Assembly: GCA_050178135.1 (NCBI GenBank)
Contig: JBFXGJ010000002.1
Location: 14,407-78,406 of the forward strand
Direction: 5' to 3'
DNA from: Methanoregulaceae archaeon
GTDB lineage: Archaea > Halobacteriota > Methanomicrobia > Methanomicrobiales > Methanospirillaceae
DNA length: 64,000 nucleotides
Shown: positions 35,544 to 44,734 of the stretch, piece by piece
How the letters are laid out: every line of letters begins with the position of its first letter
Position numbering within the stretch: position 1 is the stretch's first letter
The notes under the pieces: generated by a model
What the model was told of the DNA's origin: nothing
Databases searched by the model: none
Seen by the model: only the letters and a program-made list of their open reading frames with translations
Translations under genes and position numbers: made by a program

Positions 35544-36407
35544 ATGGTCGATTTGATCCATACCCTTTTTTTTTCTACCGCGCTGATGGATGTGTATGCG
35601 AGGTGTCGTTTCGTGGTAGGGCCCGGCCCCAATCCCCTCCAGGTGGCCGGTATTGTCTACGCGGTCTTCTTTGTCGTCGTTGCAGCCCTGCTCTGGAGGA
35701 CCGGGCGGTTCTCGAAGACGGTGCGGTACCTCCTGCTCCTTGTCACGGTCCTTCTCGGATTCCTCCTCTTCTCCCCGATGCTGCCCCACCAGTTCCAGGA
35801 GCTCGTCCTCCGCCTGGATTCCCGCATCGGGTTCGGGCTCCTGGGAGGAGTGATCGGCATCGGCGTCATGCTCGTCCTCACCTTCATCTTTGGCCGCCAC
35901 TTCTGCGGCTACCTCTGTCCCATCGGTGCCGTGCAGGAACTGGCGTTCGCCGCCCCCGTGCCGAAGGTGGGGATTGCGAAGAAGCGGGAACTCAGCGTGG
36001 TCCGGGGCCTGGTGCTCCTCGTCCTGCTCGGTGCCGGGCTCGGGGCGGGGGTGAGCGTCCTTGCTCCCTTCGGTATCCGGGAGTTCTTCACCCTGGCCCT
36101 GTCCACCGGCTTTTTTGTCTTTGCAGCGATCGTTCTGGTCTCACTCTTCATCTATCGTCCGTTCTGCCGGGTGATCTGCCCACTCGGCGCCCTGTTCCAG
36201 CTCGTCGCAGCCCCAGGATGGTGGAAGCTCCGGCGGACCGATGCCTGCATCGGTTGCCGAAAGTGCGAGCGGGCCTGCCCGACGGGCGAGGCGCACCCGG
36301 GAGACCTCCAGAGCGAATGTTACCTCTGTCGGCGGTGCATCGAAACCTGCCCTGTTGAGGGCGCCCTGGTGTACGGCCCTTCGTCGATGCAGACGAAAGG
36401 GAGATAG
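35544..36407 (+). CDS. NapH/MauN-type membrane-bound polyferredoxin
   Basis: TM helices carry two CX3CP motifs (FCGYLCPIGA, FCRVICPLGA). Two [4Fe-4S] motifs CIGCRKCERACP and CYLCRRCIETCP. Starts 30 nt after the wtpA stop. Confidence 0.65.
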   Translation: MVDLIHTLFFSTALMDVYARCRFVVGPGPNPLQVAGIVYAVFFVVVAALLWRTGRFSKTVRYLLLLVTVLLGFLLFSPMLPHQFQELVLRLDSRIGFGLLGGVIGIGVMLVLTFIFGRHFCGYLCPIGAVQELAFAAPVPKVGIAKKRELSVVRGLVLLVLLGAGLGAGVSVLAPFGIREFFTLALSTGFFVFAAIVLVSLFIYRPFCRVICPLGALFQLVAAPGWWKLRRTDACIGCRKCERACPTGEAHPGDLQSECYLCRRCIETCPVEGALVYGPSSMQTKGR

Positions 36408-36496
36408 GACGGACGGAGACCGCCCTCCTCGGGGCCTTCGGGGTCTCCCGATCAGGGTTACTTCGAACATTTTCGAAGTTATATAAGAAAATAAGT

Positions 36497-36982
36497 ATGA
36501 TGGATTCAAATAGGAATATGCCCCACGATGGGGCGATTGACATGACACCTCAGCCGAAACTCTGGTTCATTGCCGGGCTCGTGCTCGCGGCGGCCCTCGT
36601 CGCCGGTTGCACCACGGGCGGCGACACCCCACCCTCCTCCACAGAACCGACGATCACGGGCCCGCTCGTCCTGAACGAGAGCGCGAACGGCACCACGCAT
36701 GCAGTACCACTGAACTCAAAAATCAACCTGACTCTGAAAGAGAACCCGACCACGGGCTACTCCTGGAACCTCTCCACCACATCCGGTATCACCCTCCTCT
36801 CGGACGATTTCGTCTCCGATGACCCTGCCGGGACACGCGTTGGGGCCGGTGGTGAGCACCACTGGCAGCTCCAGGCAACTGCGGCGGGTATCCAGGAGAT
36901 CCGGGGCGTCTACGCACGGCCATGGGAGAATCAGACCGCCGACGCCGACACCTTCTCGGTCGAGATCTCCGTTACACCGTAA
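36497..36982 (+). CDS. chagasin-family (I42) peptidase inhibitor-like lipoprotein
   Basis: Lipobox ALVAGC and the hallmark NPTTGYSW motif with a beta-rich ~110-aa body. The true start may be ATG 36542. Confidence 0.6.
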   Translation: MMDSNRNMPHDGAIDMTPQPKLWFIAGLVLAAALVAGCTTGGDTPPSSTEPTITGPLVLNESANGTTHAVPLNSKINLTLKENPTTGYSWNLSTTSGITLLSDDFVSDDPAGTRVGAGGEHHWQLQATAAGIQEIRGVYARPWENQTADADTFSVEISVTP

Positions 36983-37034
36983 ATCTCCCCCATCCGGGAC
37001 TCATCCTCCCCGGGGGCCATTTTCCCTCATTTTT

Positions 37035-38081
37035 TTAGTGCTGGTGCCGGTGGTGGATATCCGGCGTGTGCGGGTGGCTGTGTTCGAGCCGCTCATGGGT
37101 ATGCACGTGTGCGTGTACCTCGACCGACTGTCCTTCCCTGTGCGGGTGTCGGTGATGCTCGTCGTGGCTGTGTCGGTGCGCGTGTGTCATCGGCTCGTGG
37201 ACGTGGCAGTGTTCGTGGTGCTCCCGGGCAATCAGAAGCGCCCCAATCGCCATGATCGGCAGCGCGACGAAGAACTGCCAGTCGGGGATCTCGGGGGCGA
37301 TCAACAGGGAGATGCCCACGCCGATGAATGGGGCCATGCCGAAGATGCCGGCGGTCCGCGACGCCCCGAGGTGACGGAGTGCAAGGAGAAACGTGACCAT
37401 GCTGATCCCGTAGCAGAAGGCGCCGAGGAAGAGGACCGTGAGCGCCGTCGAGAGTGGCGGCAGGGGGTTGCCGAGGGCGAAGGCGAGTCCGAGCGAGACT
37501 GTGCCGGCAAAGAGGCCCTTGATGGTCCCGATCGCGAACGGGTCCTTTGCCGAGATCTGGCGAGCACAGTTGTTGTCGAGGCCCCAGAGCGCGCAGGCAC
37601 CGACGACCCCCAGAGCGCCGAGCGAGAGGCCCAGATCGCCCGTCGGGTCGAACGAGAGCACCATCCCGGCGGTCGTGATCAGCCCGATTCCTCCCAGCAC
37701 CCGGCGGCCGATCCCCTCGTGGAAGAATGCGGCAGCGAGGAGAGCCGTCGCAACTGCTTCGACGTTCAGGAGGAGCGAGGCGGTCGCCGCGGGGGTGGCT
37801 GTGAGGCCGAACATCAACAGCACTGGTGCGAGGAAACCGCCGGCGAGAGCGCTCCCGGCGAGCCACGGGCTGTCGCGGCGGGCGAGCGGGGCCTCGCGGT
37901 CGGTCGGGCCACGCATGAGCCGGACCCCGAGTACCGCCGTGCCGGCCCCGATATACAGGAGGGCGGCAAGCATCACCGGCGGGACCGAGATGAGGAGTTG
38001 CTTCGCGAGCGGCGCGCTGGCTCCGAACAGGGTCGCCGCCAGGAGAGCGAAGAGGATCGGGACGCGGTTGCCGGTCGCCAT
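37035..38081 (-). CDS. EamA/DMT-family transporter with 64-aa His-rich C-terminal tail
   Basis: ORF 37035-38168, ATG 38081 (MATGNRVPILFALLAATLFGASAPLAK). Ten-TM EamA-like body. The tail at 37038-37229 has 24 His in 64 residues. Confidence 0.7.
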   Translation of the reverse strand: MATGNRVPILFALLAATLFGASAPLAKQLLISVPPVMLAALLYIGAGTAVLGVRLMRGPTDREAPLARRDSPWLAGSALAGGFLAPVLLMFGLTATPAATASLLLNVEAVATALLAAAFFHEGIGRRVLGGIGLITTAGMVLSFDPTGDLGLSLGALGVVGACALWGLDNNCARQISAKDPFAIGTIKGLFAGTVSLGLAFALGNPLPPLSTALTVLFLGAFCYGISMVTFLLALRHLGASRTAGIFGMAPFIGVGISLLIAPEIPDWQFFVALPIMAIGALLIAREHHEHCHVHEPMTHAHRHSHDEHHRHPHREGQSVEVHAHVHTHERLEHSHPHTPDIHHRHQH

Positions 38082-38173
38082 CGTGTCCTTCCAGGTGGAC
38101 CCCCGACGCCGATATTGGTTGTGCCGGCCGGGTCCGAAATGCCTATGGGCGATGACCGTCAACCGCAAGGGTT

Positions 38174-39145
38174 ATGCACGACCGGCAGGCCTGGGACCTC
38201 CGAAAGCAGAGGGCTGCCCGCCTCTCCGTCGCGTCGAACTCGGTCCTGGTGATGTTGAAGCTCGCCGTCGGGCTCTGGCTCGGTTCGGTCGCGATCCTCT
38301 CCGAGGCGGTCCATTCTGGGATAGACCTTGTCGCCGCCGTCGTCGCCTGGTTCGCCGTGCGCGCCTCCGGCCGGCCGCCCGATCCCGAGCACCAGTTCGG
38401 TCACGGAAAGTACGAGGACCTCTCGGGACTCTTCGAGGGGGCGCTGATCCTGGTCGCGGCCGGCCTGATCATCTTTGAAGCGGTCGAGAAACTCCTCTCC
38501 GGGGGTGATGGCCTGGCTTTCGAGGCGATCGGGGCCGGCATCGCGGTGATGGGCCTCTCGTCCGTGGTCAACTGGTACGTGTCGGGCCACTTGATGCGGG
38601 TGGCGAAGGCGACCGAATCGATCGCGCTCGAGTCCGACGCCTGGCACCTCCGGACCGATGTCTTCACCTCGCTCGGCGTGCTTGTCGGGCTCGTCGCGAT
38701 CCGGCTGACGGGTATCGTCGCCCTCGACGCCGTTGTTGCGATCGGGGTTGCGTTCCTCATCTGCAGGGCGGCATGGGACCTCTGCCGTCGCGCCGGGGCG
38801 AGCCTGATCGACGAGCGCTTGCCGGACGAGGAGGAGAGGCGGATTCGCACGATCATTGCCGAACACGGGGAGCACGTCGCCGAGTTCCACGCGCTCCGCA
38901 CCCGGCGCTCGGGCCCGAACCGGTTCGTCGACCTCCACCTCTGCGTCGCCCGCAGCCTCACGGTCGAGGAGGCCCACGGCCTCGCAGACCGGCTCAAGTC
39001 AGAGATCCGACAGGCGCTCCCACGCTGCTCGGTGGTGATACAGATCGAGCCGTGCGATGCAAGCTGCGACGCCTGTGGTTCGTTCTGTACGCTGCGGGGT
39101 GAACCCGGCAGCGATCAGGGCTCGAAGGTGCCGGACGCCAGATAA
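38174..39145 (+). CDS. cation diffusion facilitator (CDF) family metal efflux transporter
   Basis: CDF signature SVASNSVLVMLKLAVGLWLGSVAILSEAVHSGIDLVAAVVAW and a cytoplasmic C-domain. Cys-rich tail CDASCDACGSFC. Confidence 0.85.
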   Translation: MHDRQAWDLRKQRAARLSVASNSVLVMLKLAVGLWLGSVAILSEAVHSGIDLVAAVVAWFAVRASGRPPDPEHQFGHGKYEDLSGLFEGALILVAAGLIIFEAVEKLLSGGDGLAFEAIGAGIAVMGLSSVVNWYVSGHLMRVAKATESIALESDAWHLRTDVFTSLGVLVGLVAIRLTGIVALDAVVAIGVAFLICRAAWDLCRRAGASLIDERLPDEEERRIRTIIAEHGEHVAEFHALRTRRSGPNRFVDLHLCVARSLTVEEAHGLADRLKSEIRQALPRCSVVIQIEPCDASCDACGSFCTLRGEPGSDQGSKVPDAR

Positions 39146-39462
39146 TAGGCGAGCACCGCTTCCCCCGTGGCGTCGGATAGGACCTTCTTGACCTGCCGAA
39201 CGAATGCCTCCATGTCCTCTTCCTGCACGCAACCGAGGCTCTCTGAGCCGTCCAGGATCCGGTCGACGAGCCACTGGAGGTCCGCCCCGTCGAGCGCTTC
39301 GAGTCGACGCTCGAAATCTTCGGCAGACTCGGCATAGTGGTTCGAGACCGGGGGCAGGATCGACTGGAAGGCGTGGCCGGATCCCCCACAGATCGTCGCC
39401 CCGCACTCGGGGACGAGCTTTGCCAGGATCTCGAGGTCGCGCCCGGTGAGTTCTCGGGCCAT
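39115..39462 (-). CDS. hypothetical protein
   Basis: 115-aa ORF with plausible composition and high GC3. No family recognised. Its 3-prime end overlaps the convergent CDF gene by 31 nt. Confidence 0.4.
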   Translation of the reverse strand: MARELTGRDLEILAKLVPECGATICGGSGHAFQSILPPVSNHYAESAEDFERRLEALDGADLQWLVDRILDGSESLGCVQEEDMEAFVRQVKKVLSDATGEAVLAYYLASGTFEP

Positions 39463-39515
39463 ATGGGTGTTCGTTCGCTCCCCGGGAACTAATACCCGCC
39501 GGTCGATTTTTCACT

Positions 39516-40367
39516 GTGCGGCCCGATGATCTTCTGATGGACCCTCGCCTCCTTGCCAGGATCGCCGACGCGACCGCCCGGGCCTATGCCCGGGCCGTGA
39601 CCACGCTCCCTCCCGATGTCGAGGTCGCCCTCGAACGAGCCCTCGACGCGGAGTCGGACCCCGTGGCGCGGGGCGAACTCGAGAACATCCTCGAGAACAT
39701 CGCCCTCGCCCGGACGGGCAGGCTCCCTCTCTGCCAGGACACGGGCGTGCCGGTCGTCTACCTCACGCTGCCCCCAACCGTGCCGCTCGAGGACGACCTC
39801 TACAACGCGATTGCCGAGGGCGTGCGCCAGGCGACGAGGTCGGTACCGCTCCGGCCGAACGTCGTCGACCCGGTCACACGTCACAACTCGGGTGACAACA
39901 CCGGCATCGGGATGCCAGTGGTGCACGTGCGCCCGGGTTCCTGTCTCTCCGTCACGGTGATGCCGAAAGGGGCCGGGGCCGAGAACATGTCCCGGATCGA
40001 GATGCTCCTTCCGTCGGAGGTGGAGAAGATCCCAGGGGTCGTGGTCAGGTGCATCCTCGCCGCCGGCGCACGCCCCTGCCCGCCGGTTGTCCTGGGGGTG
40101 GGGATCGGTGGAACCTTCGACCTCGCCGCAGCGCTCGCGAAGGAGGCGCTCCTCGAACCGATCGATACGATGGACCCGTTCGAGACTTCTATCTGCGATG
40201 CCGTGAACCGGCTCGGTCTCGGGCCGATGGGCCTCGGTGGGGCGACGACCGCGCTCGCCGTCAAGGTCCGCCGGGCGACCTGTCACACCGCGTCCCTTCC
40301 GGTCGCGGTGAACGTCCAGTGCTGGGCGAACCGGCATGCGACCGAGTGCGTGGAGGTTGACCTGTGA
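39516..40367 (+). CDS. fumA: class I fumarate hydratase, alpha (N-terminal) subunit
   Basis: Motif LCQDTGVPVVYL and the Fe-S hydro-lyase tartrate/fumarate alpha-type pattern. Confidence 0.85.
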   Translation: MRPDDLLMDPRLLARIADATARAYARAVTTLPPDVEVALERALDAESDPVARGELENILENIALARTGRLPLCQDTGVPVVYLTLPPTVPLEDDLYNAIAEGVRQATRSVPLRPNVVDPVTRHNSGDNTGIGMPVVHVRPGSCLSVTVMPKGAGAENMSRIEMLLPSEVEKIPGVVVRCILAAGARPCPPVVLGVGIGGTFDLAAALAKEALLEPIDTMDPFETSICDAVNRLGLGPMGLGGATTALAVKVRRATCHTASLPVAVNVQCWANRHATECVEVDL

Positions 40368-40897
40368 TCGACCTTGTTACACCGCTCGGTGCCGAAGTAC
40401 TTGAACTGGTCGCGGGAGACCGGGTCACGCTCTCGGGTGTGGTCTACACCGCTCGTGACGAAGCCCACCTCCGGATGATGCGGCAGGGTATCCCCTTCGA
40501 CCCCATCGGTGCCGCCGTCTACCATTGCGGCCCGGTCATCGCCGACGATCGTGTCATTGCCGCCGGCCCCACCACCTCCTCGAGAATGAACCGGCTCTCT
40601 GAGTTCCTGTTTGATGCGGGCGTGCGCGCCCTGATCGGCAAGGGTGGGATGGATGCCGTTGTGACCGAGCAGCTTCGGGGACGGGGGGTCTACTTCGCCT
40701 TCACCGGAGGATGCGCTGCTCTCGCGGCGACCCGGATGCGTCTGGAAGGCGTTTCATTTCCCGAGCTCGGTATGGCCGAGGCGGTCTGGGCGATCCGGCT
40801 CGATCGACTCCCGCTCGTGGTCGGTATCGACAGTCGCGGGGGCAACCTCTTTGCCGGGGTCCAGGCACGGGCCGAGCGGGCTTTCGACCTCCCGTGA
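40364..40897 (+). CDS. fumB: class I fumarate hydratase, beta (C-terminal) subunit
   Basis: 4-nt overlap with fumA. Motifs LSGVVYTARDEAH and GKGGM of the beta-type subunit. Confidence 0.85.
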   Translation: MIDLVTPLGAEVLELVAGDRVTLSGVVYTARDEAHLRMMRQGIPFDPIGAAVYHCGPVIADDRVIAAGPTTSSRMNRLSEFLFDAGVRALIGKGGMDAVVTEQLRGRGVYFAFTGGCAALAATRMRLEGVSFPELGMAEAVWAIRLDRLPLVVGIDSRGGNLFAGVQARAERAFDLP

Positions 40898-40958
40898 CGG
40901 CTCCGCTTCAAATACCTTTTCGAAGTATGGCGAGAAAACCATACACAGGAAGGGATCG

Positions 40959-41231
40959 ATGAAACTCGTGATCGACGAGAACCGCTGCAAGGGATGCAAC
41001 CTCTGCACGCAGGTCTGCCCCTACCGGATCTTCCGGCCGGGCACTTGGGCGAACCGGAAGGGTGTGATCGTCCCCGAGCTCGACCGGCCTGAGCGGTGCA
41101 CGAACTGCCGGCTCCAGGGGCTCTACGGCAGGACCCTCTGTGGAGTCTGCCAGCTCACCTGCCCTGACCAGGCGATCAGCTGGGTGCGGGAACGACCGTA
41201 CGAACCCGCGAAGATCGAGGTGGAGTATTGA
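40959..41231 (+). CDS. korD: 2-oxoglutarate:ferredoxin oxidoreductase delta subunit (2x[4Fe-4S])
   Basis: ORF 40851-41231, ATG 40959 (MKLVIDENRCKGCNLCTQVCP). Second cluster motif CGVCQLTCP. Confidence 0.8.
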   Translation: MKLVIDENRCKGCNLCTQVCPYRIFRPGTWANRKGVIVPELDRPERCTNCRLQGLYGRTLCGVCQLTCPDQAISWVRERPYEPAKIEVEY

Positions 41232-42334
41232 CGAAGCTCGAGTTCATGCAGGGTAACGCTGCCTCCGCCGAGGGAGCGATCGCGGCTGGATGCCGGTTTT
41301 TCGGCGGCTACCCGATCACCCCCTCGACCGAGGTGGCAGAGGCGATGGCCCGCCGGATGCCGAAGGTCGGCGGCGTCTTCGTCCAGATGGAGGACGAGAT
41401 CGCCTCGATCGCGGCAGTGATCGGCGCGTCGTGGACGGGGAAGAAGGCGATGACCGCGACCTCGGGGCCCGGCTTTTCGCTGATGTTGGAGAACATCGGT
41501 TTTGCTATCATGACTGAGACTCCGCTCGTGATCGTGAACATTCAGCGTGGCGGCCCGTCGACCGGCCAGCCGACGATGTCGGCGCAGGGGGACATGCTCC
41601 AGTGCCGTTTCGGTTCGCATGGAGACATGGCGATCATCGCGCTCGCCCCCGACTCGGTCCAGGAGATGTACGACCTGACCGTGAAGGCCTTCAACCTCGC
41701 CGAGCGATTCCGCTGCCCGGCGTTCCTGATGGCCGACGAGATCATCGGGCACATGCGCGAGCGGATCGAGCTCCCCGATCGAGTCGAGGTCGCGGACCGG
41801 CGCCTGCTCGAGCCGGGCCGGCTCCCCTTCGCGGCCGACGCGGACGGGGTGCCGGGGTTCCCCGTCTTCGGCACGGGCCACCGGGTCCACGTCACCGGGC
41901 TGACCCATGATGAACGCGGGTACCCGGTGACGACCGACCCTGCCATGCACGAGGCGCTCGTCCGGCGGCTCGTGGGGAAGGTCGAGGATGCAAGGCGGGA
42001 GATCGCCGATTATCGCATCACAAACCCCGACGCTGAGGTGGTCTTCGTCTGTTACGGCTCGCCGGCCCGCACGGTCCAGCAGGTCGTCGCTGACCATCCC
42101 GACGACGGGCTTGGTATCCTCCGGCTCCGCGTCGTCTGGCCCTTCCCCGAGCACGCGCTCGCCGAGTTCCCGAATGCCCGAGTCTTCATCGTCCCCGAAC
42201 AGAACCTGGGCCAGATCGCCCGGGAGCTCGAGCGACACGTCCGTGTGCCTGTCGTCACCGTGCCGAAACTCGGCGGGGAGCTCCATACTCCGGACGAACT
42301 CGCCCGTGCGGCCGAGGAGGTGCGGTCACGATGA
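41228..42334 (+). CDS. korA: 2-oxoglutarate:ferredoxin oxidoreductase alpha subunit
   Basis: Block EFMQGNAASAEGAIAAGCRFFGGYPITPSTEV, typical of the alpha subunit. Overlaps the korD stop. Substrate assignment rests on linkage to sucCD. Confidence 0.8.
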   Translation: MTKLEFMQGNAASAEGAIAAGCRFFGGYPITPSTEVAEAMARRMPKVGGVFVQMEDEIASIAAVIGASWTGKKAMTATSGPGFSLMLENIGFAIMTETPLVIVNIQRGGPSTGQPTMSAQGDMLQCRFGSHGDMAIIALAPDSVQEMYDLTVKAFNLAERFRCPAFLMADEIIGHMRERIELPDRVEVADRRLLEPGRLPFAADADGVPGFPVFGTGHRVHVTGLTHDERGYPVTTDPAMHEALVRRLVGKVEDARREIADYRITNPDAEVVFVCYGSPARTVQQVVADHPDDGLGILRLRVVWPFPEHALAEFPNARVFIVPEQNLGQIARELERHVRVPVVTVPKLGGELHTPDELARAAEEVRSR

Positions 42335-43119
42335 GCTTCGTCGACTGGCTCCGTGCCGATCGCCTGCCGCACATCTGGTGCAGCGGCTGCTCGAACGGCA
42401 CGATCCTGAACTGCACCCTTGCCGCAGTGGAGGCGGAGGGCTGGAACCCGGACCGCACGGTCTTTGTCTCCGGGATCGGCTGCTCGTCCCGTGCACCGGG
42501 ATACATCTCCACCGATTCGCTCCATACGACCCATGGACGTGCCCTCGCGTTCGCCACCGGGGTCAAGCTCGCCGATCCGACCCTCAACGTGGTGGTCTTC
42601 ACCGGGGACGGCGACCTCGCCGCGATCGGGGGCAACCACTTCATCCACGCCTGCCGCCGGAACATCGACCTCACCGTGGTCTGCATGAACAATCTCATCT
42701 ACGGCATGACGGGGGGCCAGGGCTCACCGACGACCCCCCTCGGCGCCCTCTCCACCACGACGCCCTACGGGGCGTCTGAGCCGGCCTTCGATCTGGTGGC
42801 CCTCGCCGTTGCGGCAGGCGCGAACCACGTCGCCCGGTGGACCGCGTACCATGTCCGGGAACTGGAGAAGGCGGTCCAGACAGGGCTCGAGACCCCGGGC
42901 CTCTCGTTCATCGAGGTCCGGGCAGGCTGCCCTACGAACTACGGGCGCAAGAACCGGCTGCGCGAGGTGACGGACATGGCCGAGCACTTCCGGACAAAAT
43001 CGATGCTGAAGACGAAGTTCGACCGGCTCGTGGCCGATGGCCGACCAGTTCCCCCCGACACCATCGTGGTCGGAGAGTTTGTGCGGCGGTCGCTTCCCGC
43101 GATGGGAGTCGTGCCATGA
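42331..43119 (+). CDS. korB: 2-oxoglutarate:ferredoxin oxidoreductase beta subunit (TPP-binding)
   Basis: ATGA overlap with korA. Motifs WCSGCSNGT and TPP motif FTGDGDLAAIGGNHFIHACRRN. Confidence 0.85.
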   Translation: MSFVDWLRADRLPHIWCSGCSNGTILNCTLAAVEAEGWNPDRTVFVSGIGCSSRAPGYISTDSLHTTHGRALAFATGVKLADPTLNVVVFTGDGDLAAIGGNHFIHACRRNIDLTVVCMNNLIYGMTGGQGSPTTPLGALSTTTPYGASEPAFDLVALAVAAGANHVARWTAYHVRELEKAVQTGLETPGLSFIEVRAGCPTNYGRKNRLREVTDMAEHFRTKSMLKTKFDRLVADGRPVPPDTIVVGEFVRRSLPAMGVVP

Positions 43120-43652
43120 GGCGCGAACTCCGGCTCTCGGGTTTCGGGGGCCAGGGGATCATGCTCGCCGCCGTGATCCTGGGCCGCGCCGCTGTGATGT
43201 ACGACGGAAAGGATGCGGTCCAGACGCAGGTCTATGGTCCCGAGGCGCGCGGTGGGGCCTCGATGGCCGCCGTCGTGATCGACGACGAGCCCATCCTCTA
43301 CCCGGAGGTGACGGACCCCGACATCCTGGTGATCATGAGCCAGGAGGGCTTCGAGAAATACGGGACGAGCGCCCGGTCCGATGCGGTCATGCTTCTTGAT
43401 CGAGGGCTCGTCCACTCGCGCCCACAGTGCCGGTACCACGAGATCCCGGCGACCGAGGACGCCCGGGGAGTCCTCGGGAAGGTGATCGTCGCCAACATCG
43501 TGATGCTCGGCGCCCTGGTCGCGTCGACCGGGGTCGTCTCGCGCGAGGCGATCGAGCGAGCCGTGCTGGACCAGGTCCCCAAAGGGACCGAGGACCTGAA
43601 CCTCCGGGCGCTCCGGCAGGGATATGCCCGGGGAGAGGAGGCGAGAGAATGA
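43116..43652 (+). CDS. korG: 2-oxoglutarate:ferredoxin oxidoreductase gamma subunit
   Basis: ORF 42837-43652. ATG 43116 overlaps the korB stop. N-terminus MRRELRLSGFGGQGIMLAAVILG is typical of the gamma subunit. Confidence 0.8.
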   Translation: MRRELRLSGFGGQGIMLAAVILGRAAVMYDGKDAVQTQVYGPEARGGASMAAVVIDDEPILYPEVTDPDILVIMSQEGFEKYGTSARSDAVMLLDRGLVHSRPQCRYHEIPATEDARGVLGKVIVANIVMLGALVASTGVVSREAIERAVLDQVPKGTEDLNLRALRQGYARGEEARE

Positions 43653-44734
43653 AACTGAGAGAGCACGAAGGAAAAAGGATCTTCGCTGAGGCGGGGATCC
43701 CGGTGCCGGCGGGGCGCATCGTCCGGTCGGTCGATGAACTGGACGACCTCTCCTCCTTCGGAGACCAGGTCGTGCTGAAGGCGCAGGTCGACGTCGGGGG
43801 TCGGGGCAAGGCCGGCGGAGTCGTGATCTGCCCTGCAGGAGAGGCGCCGACCCGAGCGGGCGAGCTCTTCTCGAGGACGATCAAGGGCCTGCCGGTCACA
43901 GAGATCCTGGTGGAAGAGCGCCTCCCGATCGCGCACGAGTACTACTGCGCGGTCCTGATCGACCGTTCGACCCGTCAGCCCGTCGTCCTCTTCACCGAGG
44001 CCGGCGGTGTCGAGATCGAGGAGACGGCCCGCTCGGACCCCGATCGGATCCATCGGTTCGACGTATCGCCGCTCCTCGCCGAGCTCCCAGCCTTCGCCGT
44101 CCGAGACCTGGTCGGCCGTGCGCCGAAGTCTCTTGGCCCCGTGGTCGCCGCTCTTTACCGGGTCTTCCTCGAGAGAGACGCTCTACTCGCTGAGATTAAC
44201 CCGCTCGTCGTCCTGGAGGACGGCCGGGTCTTCGCTGCGGACGCGAAGGTGATCGTCGACGACAACGCACTCGCCCGACAGGGGTTCCGCCAGAACCGCG
44301 ATCTCACCGAACGCGAAGCAGAGGCCGAGAAACATGGATTCAGCTACGTCGAGCTCGATGGGGAGATCGGTGTTGTCGGGAACGGCGCCGGGCTGACGAT
44401 GGCCACGCTCGACCTGATCGAGCACTACGGTCTTCGCGCCGCCAACTTCCTGGACGTCGGGGGCGGTGCCGACCGGGAACGGGTCGCTCACGCGGTCCGG
44501 CTCCTCGCAGGCTCCCCGGGCGTCCGGGTGATCATCGTGAACCTGCTCGGCGGGATCACGCGCTGCGACGAGGTGGCGCGGGGGATCATCGATGCCGGCG
44601 TCATGCAGCCGGTGATCGTCCGGATGGCCGGCACGAACGAGGCCGAGGGCCGGGCCCTGCTCGCAGAGCACGGGTACGAGATGTACGACTCGATGGACCT
44701 GGCGGTCGGCGCCGCCGCGGAGGTGAAGGCATGA
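43649..44734 (+). CDS. sucC: succinyl-CoA synthetase beta subunit
   Basis: ORF 43427-44734. ATG 43649 overlaps the korG stop. Motifs [49 protein letters not shown]. Confidence 0.9.
   Translation: MKLREHEGKRIFAEAGIPVPAGRIVRSVDELDDLSSFGDQVVLKAQVDVGGRGKAGGVVICPAGEAPTRAGELFSRTIKGLPVTEILVEERLPIAHEYYCAVLIDRSTRQPVVLFTEAGGVEIEETARSDPDRIHRFDVSPLLAELPAFAVRDLVGRAPKSLGPVVAALYRVFLERDALLAEINPLVVLEDGRVFAADAKVIVDDNALARQGFRQNRDLTEREAEAEKHGFSYVELDGEIGVVGNGAGLTMATLDLIEHYGLRAANFLDVGGGADRERVAHAVRLLAGSPGVRVIIVNLLGGITRCDEVARGIIDAGVMQPVIVRMAGTNEAEGRALLAEHGYEMYDSMDLAVGAAAEVKA

Noticed and set aside
34098-35900. 600-aa minus-strand ORF, the longest unannotated ORF in the track
   Set aside because: It is antisense to the SUOX-like lipoprotein gene, wtpA and the NapH-like gene, all of which have clear family motifs. 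Its translation is Arg/Glu/Asp/His/Pro-rich with no recognisable domain. That is typical of off-frame ORFs in GC-rich DNA.
36819-38252. 477-aa plus-strand ORF opposite the EamA gene
   Set aside because: It is antisense to a convincing ten-TM EamA transporter. The translation is dominated by R, E, G, D and P with no motifs.
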